Assembly (NCBI GenBank): GCA_044892525.1
Contig: CM097886.1
Span: forward strand, 99,448,001-99,512,000
DNA length: 64,000 nucleotides
Origin: Schmidtea polychroa
Taxonomy: Eukaryota
Direction of reading: 5' to 3'
In this document: positions 13,500 to 26,837 of the stretch, one piece after another
How positions within the stretch are numbered: the first letter of the stretch is position 1
Layout: each line of letters starts with the position of its first letter
The notes under the pieces: generated by a model
What the model was told of the DNA's origin: nothing
Database searches by the model: none
What the model saw: the letters and a program-made list of their open reading frames with translations, nothing else
Program-made: the position numbers and the translations under genes

Positions 13500-14223
13500 G
13501 TTCCGACACATTTCGTTACGTTACTTATGCGGGGGTCTAGAGTCAGTTTTTCCCCAACACCAATATTTTTATTTCGTTTTTGCTTAAACCGATCTTTTCA
13601 TAATGGGGTCATTCATTCTGTTCCATGTACCCAAGGTACCAACAGCCAGAGCAGATATAGATGTCTTACATCTGTGAATCTTTCTTAATTGATTTCCAAT
13701 ATCTTTATCTTTTTGGCAGCTCTTATCTCTGGCCTTCCTAAAATTAAGTTTTTTATCATAAGGTACCTTCAGATAAAGGATGTGATATAGGTTGTTTCTT
13801 TCTGGTAGTATTATTAGATCTGAGCTTAGAGTTATATAAATCCCTTTAGGCAGCATTTCAACATCAACTTCTAGGACTTCGGATATTAAGTATTCTGAGA
13901 CTGCTTTTAATACATTTGAAAGCTTATTTCGTCTTACATTTATTTTCAATTAGCAATGATTGAAGTGTCTGCACGATATCTAATCTTTTTTTAACCTGAA
14001 GGAATGATATTTTAAGCACAGTAAGTTGTTTCGAGTTGTTATTAGAAAATAATATTGCTCATCAGTTAAGCCTTGCTCTGAATTATATAGAATACATGAT
14101 CACTTTCAGAAAAAGCCTCAGCAATATGTCCTTGGCACTTCATTTCTTACCATTTTTCAGTTTAAATAAACTAATAATGTCATCTATTTCAGAGCATGTT
14201 TCATGCATATTTGTATATCACAT
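13500..14223 (-). pseudogene. 3' fragment of a non-LTR retrotransposon with a restriction-like endonuclease (NeSL/R2-like)
   Basis: Degenerate RLE motifs: SDLII..YLKVPYD..FRKARDK..ALAVGTLGTW.RMND, with FRARLN upstream. It has several stops and is cut by the solo LTR at 14224. Confidence 0.6.
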
Positions 14224-15611
14224 TGTTGGGTTATTGAGTTGGTGATAAAATTAGAATTTTTACTCTGACTCCAAGCGTGTCTTTGGCTGACCCACAAAAA
14301 ACAATTAACACTGGAAACTTAATTGAATACCACAAATATTTTCACAACGATACAATAGACTCAACAAGCTTACTATTATACCGCGCTTATTACAACACTG
14401 TGGTGAGGAATAGCACACTCGTATAACTTTGATCTGACAATTCTCTCACAACTGATGTGTAATTATTGGTAATTTTAATTGGTTGTTCTCTGATTTTGAC
14501 TTGGTTTTACTCGTCTAACTTTGTTCTATTATCAACTGAATAAACTCTTCCTGATTCTCTTTATTTCTGTTTCCTTTTTAGTTTCTCTGCTTCAATTTTA
14601 TTCAAATATTTCTTCTATATTGTTCTCTCAATGGCTTCTCCAAACTGTTCGCTAATACAATTCTCCCACGTCTTCTTAATTTTATAAACCGTCCTCTCTA
14701 TAGTTTCTCTGCTTGCTTCTGCTGTGCCACCTCCTTTTATACCTTGTCAATTTGTGGCACTTCAGTTTATCTTCAATTCCACATTTTTTTCTCCAATATG
14801 ATTTCCCAGTTTTCCTTGTGACCGAGTTATTTTTGACAGCTGTCGCAACATTTTCTAATTTTTTTTTGCGGCTTCAGCCTGTTTTTGTTTTGTTTCCCTT
14901 ATCTCTGACAAGCTGTCGAGATAAAAATATTGTTGTTTTTCTATTTTTCCGATTTCGAAATTCCTTTTCCTTTTTGTACTAATTAATTAGTACTGACCTT
15001 GGTTTTTATTTTATGTTTGATTTCTTTTGTTTCCTTCCTCTTCTTCATTTCTCATTTCTTTTTGCCAGGGCCGTAACAAAGCATTATTGCGCCCTGTGTG
15101 GTTCATATATCTGGCGCCCCTAAAACCCAAATTCAAATCAGCCTACTATAATAATTATAATATTCATGTTGAGATTGTTGACTATGTATTCATCTCCAGC
15201 TATTATAATAGGTAGTAATGCTCTTAAAATTCTGTTGCTAATTGAAAAAAGTGACAGGAGCCCATTTTGGACTAACATTTTTCAAAATACACACCTACGA
15301 AGGCACGCTAATGGACCAGTCAAATCAGCAATGTTAAAGATAGGCGTGTCGTTTTTTTCGTGCAGGCCATTTGATAATTTCTTTTATTTATATTTTGTTA
15401 TTTTTTGGTAACATTAAAAATATGTTACATTCCAATTTCGTGCCCCTTTCAGATGTGCGCCCTGTGCGACTGCACCGCTTGCACCACCCTTGTTACGGCC
15501 CTGCTTTTTGCTTCCGTTTTCTTTTATGAGTTTCCATAGATCCTCCTGTTTGTCATGACGATTTTCCCCAAGTAATTTTATTTATAATTTGTCATTTAGG
15601 TATCCTCAACA
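14224..15611. mobile_element. Solo LTR (~0.94 kb without the MITE), same family as 33014-33946
   Basis: Starts TGTTGGGTTATTGAGTTGGTGATAAA and ends TCCTCAACA. It is colinear with 33014-33946. The flanks ACAT/CCAT are a near-TSD. Confidence 0.75.
15066..15503. mobile_element. hAT MITE inserted in the solo LTR
   Basis: Perfect 14-bp TIR CAGGGCCGTAACAA / TTGTTACGGCCCTG and 8-bp TSD CTTTTTGC on both sides. Confidence 0.9.
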
Positions 15612-16486
15612 CCATATATCTCACTTTTTTATATTCTATCTCTAAACCCATATTTCCATCAATAATTTGAATTCTTTTGAATTTAAACTCGTTTTCTTGT
15701 CACGCGTGGACATTTCTCCGGGAAACGAAGCTTCGAATTTTGCCTACCGCCCTCACTCATGCAGCTTTATTCGACCATTAGAGGTAGATCAGGCTATCGG
15801 GTATATTTTCCGTATGTTGTGTATATATATTTAACTTTTAAACATATAATAAAAATTTAATTATAATCGCATATAAACTGATTTAGATAAGGAAAAGAAA
15901 AGAATATAAATGAATAAATAACCAAAAAATATGCCGATGCGCATAACACAGAAATTCGAATTGTCATCATTCCTTATCATCGTTAATTCCTGATTGATTC
16001 CTGTTACAATATCATCCTAAAACCTGCATCAAAACCTACTATTTTTATGATCTTTATGGCATTCCCTCGTCATTGATTCGAGCTTAGCTTTTCCCTTAAA
16101 ATGCTTATAACTTCTTGAAATATATAATTTAAAAATATGAAAACTTTCAAAACTTTTTAAATGAATATTTATTTATTAATAGGTATAATGAATAATAATA
16201 TGGATTATTAGATGGGCTCTTAGTTTTAATTTTTTCGCTTGACTCTATTGTTGTTGGCTCTACCGATTGATTTGGATTCCTGGTTTCTTTTCTTCCTGAT
16301 TCTGTTTTCCTCGATTTTGTTGTGTTTATAGTAGCTTGTTGTAGTGTGAATGGGTTTCCTTTTTTTGTCTCCTTTAGTTTTATTCCAAATAAGCGAGAGA
16401 ATTGTACATTTTCTTCGATTTTCCGTAGTTTTAAATAGTGAAATATATTTTAGTGAAGAGAATTTTGGTAAATGAGTGAGTGTAAG

Positions 16487-17140
16487 TAGAGCCTGTTAGA
16501 GACACTTGGAGGCCCAGGTCTGACATCGTATATGGCCCCTAAATTTTTTGTTTTGTCTTTTGCTAGCACCACTTCCATAGGTCCTTTTCATGTTTTAATT
16601 ACCGCCTAGTTTATTTATTTTTATTTTTTATTAATAATCAAAGCTAGACAAAAAAAATTACCTGTTTCCCCAATTTTATGTATATAGTTTAAAAAAATCC
16701 AATTATTGAGTTCAATTATTAAAAATATTAAAACACTAACAAACTTTAAACTTTTAATATTATAATTTAATTATAATTAAACTTTTAGCTACTAATAAAC
16801 TTTTATATAATAATTTGAACTCATGTAATAGCTCAAAGCCTAATATTCTGTAATAATGTTTTCTCTAAGATTTTGAAATCATATCGGCAGTTATTTGTGC
16901 ACATGCAGTAAAAAATGAAAATCTGAGGAAAAGTGAAAATTACACCAAAAATAAGGCCTTCTATAGTTAAATTAGATTTTATCTTAAGAAAACATTTTTT
17001 GCCATATGTAAAAGTGCAAAATAAACTCGTTGATTGTTTGGTGTAGTATTAAAATAGTGCTGTTTGGGGGCCCGCTAAATTAAGAGGCCCATGTCAAAAG
17101 ACCCCCCTAACCCCCCCCCCCCCCCCTATTACGAGGCCTG
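16487..17140. mobile_element. hAT-type MITE with degenerate TIRs
   Basis: 8-bp TSD AGTGTAAG (16479-16486 and 17141-17148). The right end is TATTACGAGGCCTG; the left end is only partly complementary to it. Confidence 0.6.
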
Positions 17141-20100
17141 AGTGTAAGAGTAAGTTTAAATACTCAAGATTAGGCTAAGTTCGTACAATCTCGTATTCCA
17201 CATATTTAAATCGCCTTTCATCAATTACGATTTTGACACCGAAATCTTAGATAAAATCGACAACAAAGAGTTAAGATAAATAAAAATTATAGTGAATTGA
17301 CAAGATAAAATAGAATGCTATACCATTAAGGGTAAACCGTGAACAGAGAGACGCACCAGGGCTTTTACAGTCCTTGTGATGGGTCTCACATTTTGCTGAT
17401 GGTCACCCACTAAATTGCAACACCAATGTCATTTGTGACAGACATTTAGTAGTCTAGTAAATAGTGATGTGAAATTATGAAGGGAATTGGGTAGAATCGA
17501 AAGTATTGACAAGCTAACTCGAATACAGACACGAAGTGTTTTCTTATCCGCAATCCTCAAATAAAACAATATATTTTTACGATATTATCAAGAAAACACA
17601 TTATATTTGAGTTTTTTCAGTGTTAAATATTGATATTTTCAGAAGGACAGATTTCATTCTTCACATATCTCATTCACATTACGACGATGAAGTAATCGAT
17701 CAGAATATATTGAGGAGCCAGCTGATAAAACTGTATGGTTATATGAATCTTTGCGAAAATTCACATCGCATTTCATCAAGCTGCCAAATTGCCTGAATTT
17801 TTTGGCGAATAAACTAAATTTTTCCTGGGTATTTAAACAATTTTATTGCTATAAATTTTTAATAAAAAAATAATTTATTTCCGGCCTAAACACACGGAAT
17901 ATGTAGAATACTAATTATATTTATTTTATATTACGTGTTATATATTTTAATATAGTAAAAACACGTTTTAATTAATAATAATATTTTAATATAGTGTTAG
18001 TAATATGTTTTTAAAAAGATTAATTGTACTTTTAATAAAAATTATTTTCTTTAAATTATTACTTTATTTTACTTTACGTTAATATTTAATTTTTAAATCT
18101 ACGGCTGTGATCGGGTACCCAGGCGCCCGCCGGTTATAAAGAACCCGGATCTTGAAATTACAGGCCGGGTACTCGTTACTACCCGTTCAAAAATATTAAT
18201 CACAATAAATAAATATAATGATATAGACTGCTACCACTACCTTCACCACTACTACTACCTTCACCACTACTACTGACCAATATATATTTATATTTATATA
18301 TGTACCCCTCCCAAAGCATTACCTTATTTATAACATATTATCTATAATACATCCCAATAATGAAGATTTTCAGTAAAGAAACAATCCAACAGACGTTTAA
18401 CGCTTGAGCCATGGCACAGCGTTCAAAGATTATCAAACCAGCAGTTTCAGAAACCTCAAGGGTCGAGAATCTCTCCTCTTATGCCCGAGTGGCCTGATAT
18501 GTACTTATAATAAAACTTGATTTTTTTTCTCTGGAGCTGCTGCATGCTGGTGGACGCTGCTCTGGATTTCTGTACACGTGTTGTTAAGAGTGAACGCGCG
18601 AGTGACTAGCAGTAAGCGATTAATACAACCAATTGAGTTTAAGTTCCTGGCTGCGAGCCTGCTGCAGCTTCAGAATTCAAACAAATAATAAAGATACTAT
18701 GTCTATAAGATCATATATGTATGCTGTCAGAATCAGCGAGTGAGCGGCGGTGTGCCTGTGCATGCTTGTCTGAATTCAAACTACAGGCTGGCTGCATTGT
18801 CTGATAATGATAAATTAGATACCATTGATAGTAATATCATAACTTGTCATAACTTATGATTCATAAGGCACAGTTTACACGCTGATTCATGTACCACAGC
18901 TTCTTCTAATTTAAACCATCAAATGGATGTCAATTCACTCTGTCATTCAGACAAAGAAAATATCTTGTGAAGTTGTCACTGGTCCAGAGTGTTTCTTATA
19001 GCAGTCGAACAAAAAACATTTTTCAGCTATTAAAATTATTTTCTATTTAATAAAATAATTATTTTATTACAAATAATGGGCAAGTCTCTACAATGCTGGT
19101 GCATGCAACACAAATAGACAAAAATAGTGCTCGTTAGAATTTGTGCAAAATGGTGGTGACCGCAAAAGGTGGAAACATGAGTACTTTGCGCCACCATCTA
19201 GTTGGAGCACACCGCATCGACGTCGATAATAACGGCGGCACAAGTAGTACTCTAAGCAATGCTTCGTTTATGGTCGCAAACCAAAATTATCGAAAGCCAA
19301 GGGCCTAGAAATTGAAAAGAAAATTGACGATTTCGAAGGTAGCGGATTTCGGAGCCTAATTCAATTTCTAGAGTCAGACTTTTAACTGAAGACAAGAAAA
19401 ACAACAACTACGTTGATAAAGAAACGGTTTGATGAATGCGTGCAAAAGATTTCGGTGGAGTTGGAAAAAGCTTATTATGTTTTATTTACAACAGATATGT
19501 GGACATCTTTGCAAAACATTGCGTACATGTCCGTCACGGCTCATTGGATAAATCCTAAGTGGAAAGTAGAGTCGACAATTTTGCAGACAAAGAAGATGGC
19601 GGAACGACACACAGGACAAAACATCAGTGTTCGTCAGAGTGAATGTGCCAATGAATGGAACATTCCGGTTAATAAAATTGCTACGACAGTCCATGACAAT
19701 GGCTCAAATATTAATACAGTCATGAACTTGTTGGATGACTAGCCAGATCAACGGTGTTTTCATCATACACTGCAATTAGCGCTGGCTTGAAAGTTACAGC
19801 CATAGGCAGCATGATTAATGCCGTCTTTTAAAATCATTTTAAACTCAACACTGTCGCAGCTCAGGCTTTGCGTGAAAAACAGAAACCTCTACAAAACGAT
19901 GATACAGCTGCAGTTTCAGAGGTTATCATTGACTGCTCATTGACTCTAATTGTTGGAACGCCTCGTGAAATTACGATGGGAAATTGGTGCAGCTCTATCT
20001 GATTCACAAGTAACCGATGAACTTCAAAGCCGCTATTATCACAATGGATACGCTGTGCTCAATGCAGCTAAGGCAGCAGTATTCGATCCACGATATAAAC

Positions 20101-22708
20101 TACTGAAATTATTTTAGGAAGTGTCTCGACAGGTGACTTATGCTGCGGTCAGACTGGAATTGATGGCACCAATCGCAACTGTGCCAACAACGGCCACTGT
20201 TGCTATAATCGTTAACGAAACCGACGAACATGAACCGAAAAGACCAAGATTAGAAAATGCTGAGTAAAGTAACATTTTCGATGATTTGGCTTCTCTATGT
20301 GCCGCCGACGACAATGCAGCATCGTGCGGCGAAATGGCGACTTACCTCCCAAAAACGCCACTTTATGTCAACGCAGATATTTTTAAGTTTTGGCTGGATA
20401 ATGTAAAACAACATCCCTGAATGGCCTTTGCGCGGAAATATATCTGCATTCCTGCAACATCGGTTCCATCTGAAAGTGCTTTTTCCACCGTGGGGCACCT
20501 TTTGAACAGTAAACATGTGTTGGGCTAGAACTGATTTCTAGACCCAAACTTCTAATTATGACCGAAATGTGTAGGTACACAACATGCAAAAGCAAGAAGT
20601 ATAGCTAAATATTAAAACTACACCAAATAAACAATAGTAGTTAAAGGAAAAAACAACAAAAACCTAAACACAGAAATTAAATAAAATTATACCAAAAGCA
20701 AGAGGTTATGCAAAATAGAACTCGAAAATAACCAAATAAACACAGATAAACAAAAACAGACTCGAATAATTTAAAAGACAGTAAAAACAGTAAAAAATTC
20801 CAGAAAAACCCAGAACATTCCATAAAAATGGCGATGACCATCACAAAGCCATTTAGAACAATAAAAGTTAGAGAAAATAAATAAATTAGTATTAAAAATA
20901 AAAAAAATCTTAAAAAGAAATTCATAAAACATCAGTTAAAATGAAAATTGTATTAAAAATAAAATAGAATGTTCTGGAACCGTTCCAAATCCATCATGGA
21001 CGGCAAATTAACGAAAAATAAATAAAAAATAAAAATATAAAAATAAAAACAAAAATTATGGCACAAAAATTGCCACTAAAAATAGCAAAATCGCTAAATA
21101 GAAAATTCTGGAATAAAAAGAATTCGAGTTTGTTTTACTGTATCAATACATACACGTGTACAAAATAGGTATATATACCGACACGTTTCGGGCATAATTT
21201 AGTCATTTATGCCAAAATTTTTTGTTGACCAAATTTTGAAGGAAACTGATAGTAGGTATTTTTCTTTGATTGCATTGTTTTTATGTTAACCATGTATGTA
21301 ACTATTTTAATGAATACCATTCTATAATTAAATTATTCTTACTAAATTCGTTGTTATTTAGAAAAATATGACTGATCAGCGGCGTCACCGTGCGTCGCTA
21401 TTCCGTCCTGCATTTGAGGATATCGAATAAAATTTTTATGCAACCTACCAACATGCATTATTCGTACTATATTGATCGATACTATATGATTTCTTTTGTT
21501 CGGGTCCTTCGGAGGTCGAACTACTTCGTGGTTCTGCCACGGAGTTAGGTCGAGGAAACCCTCCGTCTGACTCTTCGTATCTGTGTAAGGTCAGTCGTAA
21601 ATGGTTGACTTAGCACACAACACTAAGGTTTGTGGAAGTGGTCACAGTGGGGCCATGGAAGCAATATTCTTCCCGACTTTTAGTTAATACATATGTAAAA
21701 TCCACATTCAAAATCACGAACAATGACTCTACACTAAGGTTCTAAATTGAGTAGAACTCGTACCTAAAATGACACAAATCTGCACTCACATTAATGTAGC
21801 TAGTTGATCCAATTGGTAATTTCAAGGGTACCTAGACATATGCCGAACTAAATTTCGTATTTGTAATAGAATTGTGGATAAAGTAATGGAAGTAAAAGAG
21901 TTATTCGGCACATGTACAGGTATAAAGTAATCTAGATATCTTGATTCAAAGTAAATGTAAGGATTTTAAATCCAATTCCCACTTTAAATTATTTGTAAAT
22001 ACTTAGTTCCCATTTTATATTGTAAGATCTTAGAGATAATTATATCGATATAAATCATTAATGGAAAATCCCGATTGAGAATGATAGGTTTTGGGTATAG
22101 GAAATTTTCTTTGAACTAATTTTACATAAATGAGGAACTCCAGGAATATAGTTAATGAATAGCTACCAACAAACCTGAAAACATTCTGGAAAACTATGAT
22201 GATCCCACAAAAGAGACTTATAAAAAATCGCGTAAAGTTGAATAGAAATTCATAAATCATAAAGTATAAAATTATAAATTATAAAATATAAAATCCGAAA
22301 GTATAAAACCTAAAATCGTGAATTATTAAATATAAAATTATAAACTACGAAAACATAACTATAAATTATAAATTCTAAATCCCTAAATTATAAAACATAA
22401 ACTTACATATTATAAAATATAAAATACAAAATATCAAGTCGTAAATTATTAAAATATGAACTATAATATATATAATTAGAAATTACAAAGTATAAATTTG
22501 TAAATGGGAAAGTATGAAAGTTAAAGACGGAAATTTATAAATTAAAAAGTAACTTTCCAAACCATAAAACAGGACTCTCTAAAATGGGAAATACAAACTT
22601 CGAATGATAAATGTAAAATTATACTACTAGTATTATTATTAGTAACACTATTATTCTTCTTACTATTACCACTGTTATCAGCATTATTACTATTATTCTT
22701 ACTATCAC

Positions 22709-22873
22709 NNNNNNNNNNNNNNNNNNNNNNNNNNNNNNNNNNNNNNNNNNNNNNNNNNNNNNNNNNNNNNNNNNNNNNNNNNNNNNNNNNNNNNNNNNNN
22801 NNNNNNNNNNNNNNNNNNNNNNNNNNNNNNNNNNNNNNNNNNNNNNNNNNNNNNNNNNNNNNNNNNNNNNNNN
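22709..22873. other. Assembly gap (N run)
   Basis: Run of N bases. Confidence 1.
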
Positions 22874-22921
22874 ACATGGCAATGATTTAATTATAAGATA
22901 ACGCCAATCAAACATTTTTTT

Positions 22922-22960
22922 CACGATTAATTTCGACAGTTTTCCTGTCATCATCAGGTG
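22922..22960 (-). ncRNA. Inverted copy of the minimal hammerhead motif
   Basis: Exact reverse complement of 23926-23964. Confidence 0.6.
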
Positions 22961-23211
22961 GGATATAATACTCATTAAATAAAGGATTTTAAACAAATTT
23001 AATTATATATAAAAATTTTTTATTTTATAAAAATATTATTTTTTAAAAACTTTAACATTTAAAATTTAATTTAATAATTTAAAAATTTTAAATTTTTTTA
23101 TCAATTATTTAATTTAACACAACAATCAATACATACAATACACAAAAGCTTATTTAAAAACACTCAACACACAAGTATTTACAGCATTCTGCACATTAAT
23201 TTTCGGATTCA

Positions 23212-23736
23212 ATGATTTTATCAACAACGCCTCACAAATCACACGTTCCCAATAATAGTGTGAGCAAGGATGATGAGCCTAAATTTGTGTTAGTATTGCC
23301 GTACTCAGAAGGTTTTAAGGATTATAAAGTGAAGATAAGAAAGCAATTAGGGAATTTAAACTATAGGATAGTGTCAACTTCATGGAAAGTACGCAATATG
23401 TTTATTAATAAGTCAAAGACTCCGGTTGAATTGTGTTCCGATCTCGTTTATCAGTTTACATGTAATGGGTGTAATGCCACATACATTGGAGAGACTTCCC
23501 GTCATCTCTGTATATGAGCTCGAGAACATTGTAGACCGAAGTCTTTCACCCATATTGGTGAGCACAATAAGGGCTGTAAGATTAAAATAGGTATGTCTGA
23601 TTTTAAAATTTTATTAAAAAACTTCGATAATTATTGGGAACGTGTGATTTGTGAGGCGTTGTTGATAAAATCATTGAATCCGAAAATTAATGTGCAGAAT
23701 GCTGTAAATACTTGTGTGTTGAGTGTTTTTAAATAA
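23212..23736 (+). pseudogene. Penelope GIY-YIG endonuclease fragment with one internal stop (23515-17)
   Basis: LVYQFTCNGCNATYIGETSRHLCI*AREH..EALLIKSLNPKINVQ. Confidence 0.85.
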
Positions 23737-23925
23737 GCTTTTGTGTATTGTATGTATTGATTGTTGTGTTAAATTAAATAATTGATAAAAAAATTTAAAA
23801 TTTTTAAATTATTAAATTAAATTTTAAATGTTAAAGTTTTTAAAAAATAATATTTTTATAAAATAAAAAATTTTTATATATAATTAAATTTGTTTAAAAT
23901 TCTTTATTTAATGAGTATTATATCC

Positions 23926-23964
23926 CACCTGATGATGACAGGAAAACTGTCGAAATTAATCGTG
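23926..23964 (+). ncRNA. Minimal type I hammerhead ribozyme motif (Penelope pseudo-LTR)
   Basis: CAC-CTGATGA-T-GACAG(GAAAA)CTGTC-GAAA-TTAA-TC-GTG: catalytic core, 5-bp stem II, palindromic stem III (ATTAAT), AUC cleavage triplet and 3-bp stem I. Confidence 0.65.
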
Positions 23965-23970
23965 AAAAAA

Positions 23971-24098
23971 NNNNNNNNNNNNNNNNNNNNNNNNNNNNNN
24001 NNNNNNNNNNNNNNNNNNNNNNNNNNNNNNNNNNNNNNNNNNNNNNNNNNNNNNNNNNNNNNNNNNNNNNNNNNNNNNNNNNNNNNNNNNNNNNNNNN
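23971..24098. other. Assembly gap (N run)
   Basis: Run of N bases. Confidence 1.
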
Positions 24099-25644
24099 TA
24101 GTATTGTTAGTGTGAGTATTATTAGTCTTATTGCCATATGTAACACTAGTATGATTATTATTATTATTATTAATGCTATTAATATTATTATTATCATTTC
24201 CATCGTCTTATCTACTAGTGTCATCATTGCTAAACCTATTACTATCATGATTATTGTTGATCTCATTGGTAAACTTATATCATTAAAATAATTTCCCTCA
24301 TTTCTTCCGAAAATAAAATTTAAAGCCAAATTATTGACTTTGGAATTCCCCTATTACTAAATTTAACTACCCAACCTTATCTACCAATAAAATCCCGGAA
24401 AATCACTAAAATCTATTTTTAGCAACACCCCCCCCCAGGTAGACGGCGTCAGAGTATTAGTTTAAATTATATATAGGTACGCGAATGTATATATGCAGAT
24501 ATTGCGTGGGTGTGTAGGCAGTCATCTATACAAACGTGTATGTGTGTGGGCATAGAGATTCAAAGAATAATAAATATAAATCACCCTTGGGGTATCTTGG
24601 TCACAGCCGTTAGAATAACAAAATAGATAGGATCAATTGAAGCACCCCGCTAACATAATTTATTAATTCATCAGAAGGATTAAATTCATATACACATCAA
24701 AGCAAAATACAAAATTCCCAATTAAAAATAATTCGATTTACTTACCCGGAGGATTAAACTCGTATTCGAGTCAAAGTAAAATACCAAATTCCAAATTAAA
24801 CGTAAAATAACTTATTAAGGATTCAATTCATATTCAAATTAAGGCAAGTGCGAAAATCCACATTGAATTTAACATAGTTCACCAACTTACCCGGAAAATA
24901 AAATTCATATGCACATCAAAAACAAAATACAAAATTCCAAACATATGATTGTGGATCAATAAAATTACATAAGTCCACTCTGCATCGCAATTATACAAAA
25001 GTTTTAGAGCTCGACTTCAGAATCATCCTGAGGAGATGCATTTCCTATATCGCTCAGTGAGTGAGCCTTGTCCAATAAGGAGAAATTGGTTGGTAGAACT
25101 GCCCTCAGAATAAGCAAAACTTAGTACCGTATTAAATTATAGAAGTCTCACTTACCATGGGAATTTCTGGATTCCCTCACTAGAATCGCCAAGCTATCCT
25201 TGTTCATCTGGGGGCCATAATAGTTTATTGACCGATAGTAATTAATTCGAAAATTCGACCAGAAACTAATATTACTTAAATTAGTACTAAAAGCTTATAA
25301 GATAAAAATTACGTACTTGAATTTATTTACCTTATTATATCAATATTGACAAAAACCATAATTTAAAAATTATTGTTTAACCCTGATGATGATTGCTGTG
25401 ATAAAACAAGGAAGATTAAGATTGAAGAATGTTTGTTAATTTTAATAAATCATGAGTTGTAAAGTAAAAGGGTGTATTGATAAATTTAAATCCAAGTTTT
25501 AAGTTACTTGTTTCCCCTACTTGTAATAATCTAATAAATGAATTGCTATGTAAATTAAGTCTAAATAACCTGGTACATGGTACCTTAGCTCCGTTCGATA
25601 AGTTATTTTGGCCGTATAAAAATTGTAACATTTACATTACAGGC

Positions 25645-26010
25645 ATGTCTCAATCCAGCGTTAGCAACGACGAGGGTACTGACCAGCAGACGGTCACCCG
25701 GCTCCGGACCCGGTACATCTGGTACCATATACATCGGTGGGGTCAGGGGCGGGACCTGGATTGTGCAGAACGAGTAATCCGGACGGGCCCCGAAGTAGAT
25801 GCCCCGGCATGGGTGAAGGTGGAACCGGAGAATAACCGGTTGCAGGAGGCCCGAGATCAAGCGGCCTGGAATGTGGAAGCCGCTCAGATGCGACTCAGGA
25901 AGATCGAGTTGCAAATCCGGGCAGAAAGAGAAGGAGTGCCCGTGGAAGAGCTAAAAGAGGCCGAGGCTTCCCCACGGAAAAGAGGGAGACCCCGCAAATG
26001 CCAGTCGTGA
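25645..26010 (+). CDS. LTR-encoded 121-aa AT-hook protein (copy A)
   Basis: C-terminal PRKRGRPRK and a VKxE motif. It has the same length as 45983-46348 and 81/121 identical residues by hand count. Confidence 0.75.
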   Translation: MSQSSVSNDEGTDQQTVTRLRTRYIWYHIHRWGQGRDLDCAERVIRTGPEVDAPAWVKVEPENNRLQEARDQAAWNVEAAQMRLRKIELQIRAEREGVPVEELKEAEASPRKRGRPRKCQS

Positions 26011-26367
26011 TTGCAAGCTGACATATGACTTACTCTAACAATTTTCATTTATTGTGGGTAGCGTACTTGATAATCGAACTTGACTAATGTTTATTGTTAA
26101 ATAATAAGCTTTTATTCATTGGATATGTCTTAATTAATGATTAGCGTTTGTTGTTGAATAATAAACTTCTATTCCTTGAGTGGGTCTTAATTAACAATTG
26201 AAATAGGCTAAGGTATTATCGTATGTAGCGTTTCCCTTTTAATCGCGGTAGAGATAGCAAGTACAACAGCATCTCAGTGGCAAAATACCAGCACCGATTA
26301 ATCAATCTACCATTTGTTACTCCAATTTTTTTGTTGTATAAAATAAATAAAATTCTTTACATTTTAG

Positions 26368-26837
26368 TGTATAAGTTAATGGAGAATCTTCGGAAGGATC
26401 GGCAGCAGGCCCAACAACGTGCTGACGAACTCTGGGTCCGGGTGGACAAATTGAAAGTAAAATGTCGGGAGTTCGAGGGGACCTGGTTTAGTCCCGAAGC
26501 CATGAAGAAGAAAATGGCTCAGATCCTCCAGATGCAAACACAGGCCGCCCAAGACCAAATGGAGATCCGCGCCCTGAAGCTACAGGTGCGGGCGCTCGAA
26601 ACTGAGAAAAATGAGCAGTTGGTACAAGGGGCCATAGCAAGACAAATACGGCCACTGGCTGCGGACCTCGCAACTATATATCCCCCATCCGCTGAAAATA
26701 AGCCCAAAAGGAAACGGCTTGGCCGAACTATTCGGGAAAAATTGAAGAAAGCTAGGCTGGCCGAATACGAGCGGCAAGCAAATTCGTCACCAGCAACCAC
26801 GACGGAATTGGCCAGTCTTACCAATAAGTCTGTTTGA
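26368..26837 (+). CDS. LTR-encoded coiled-coil/basic protein (copy A); probably a terminal exon, first ATG at 26379
   Basis: Homologous to 46559-47028 (TWFSPE.MKKK, QMEIRALKLQ, KPKRKRLGR.IREKLKK). A TAG|TG acceptor is conserved at the same place in both copies. Confidence 0.7.

Larger units (their letters stand above)
22914..23970 (+). mobile_element. Penelope-like retroelement 3' fragment with inverted pseudo-LTR, inserted in the AAT-rich tract of LTR A
   Basis: A ~340-bp inverted repeat (about 22914-23255 vs 23630-23970) flanks a GIY-YIG-coding segment. Confidence 0.85.

Noticed and set aside
21170-21215. Hammerhead-like half motif CGAAACGTGTC on the minus strand in LTR A (related TGAAACGTGTC at ~43750 in LTR B)
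   Set aside because: There is no CTGANGA core in the required position in either copy.
9347-24329. ORFs spanning N runs (9.3-9.6 kb, 22.5-23.0 kb, 23.9-24.3 kb)
   Set aside because: They are artefacts of assembly gaps and low-complexity flanks.
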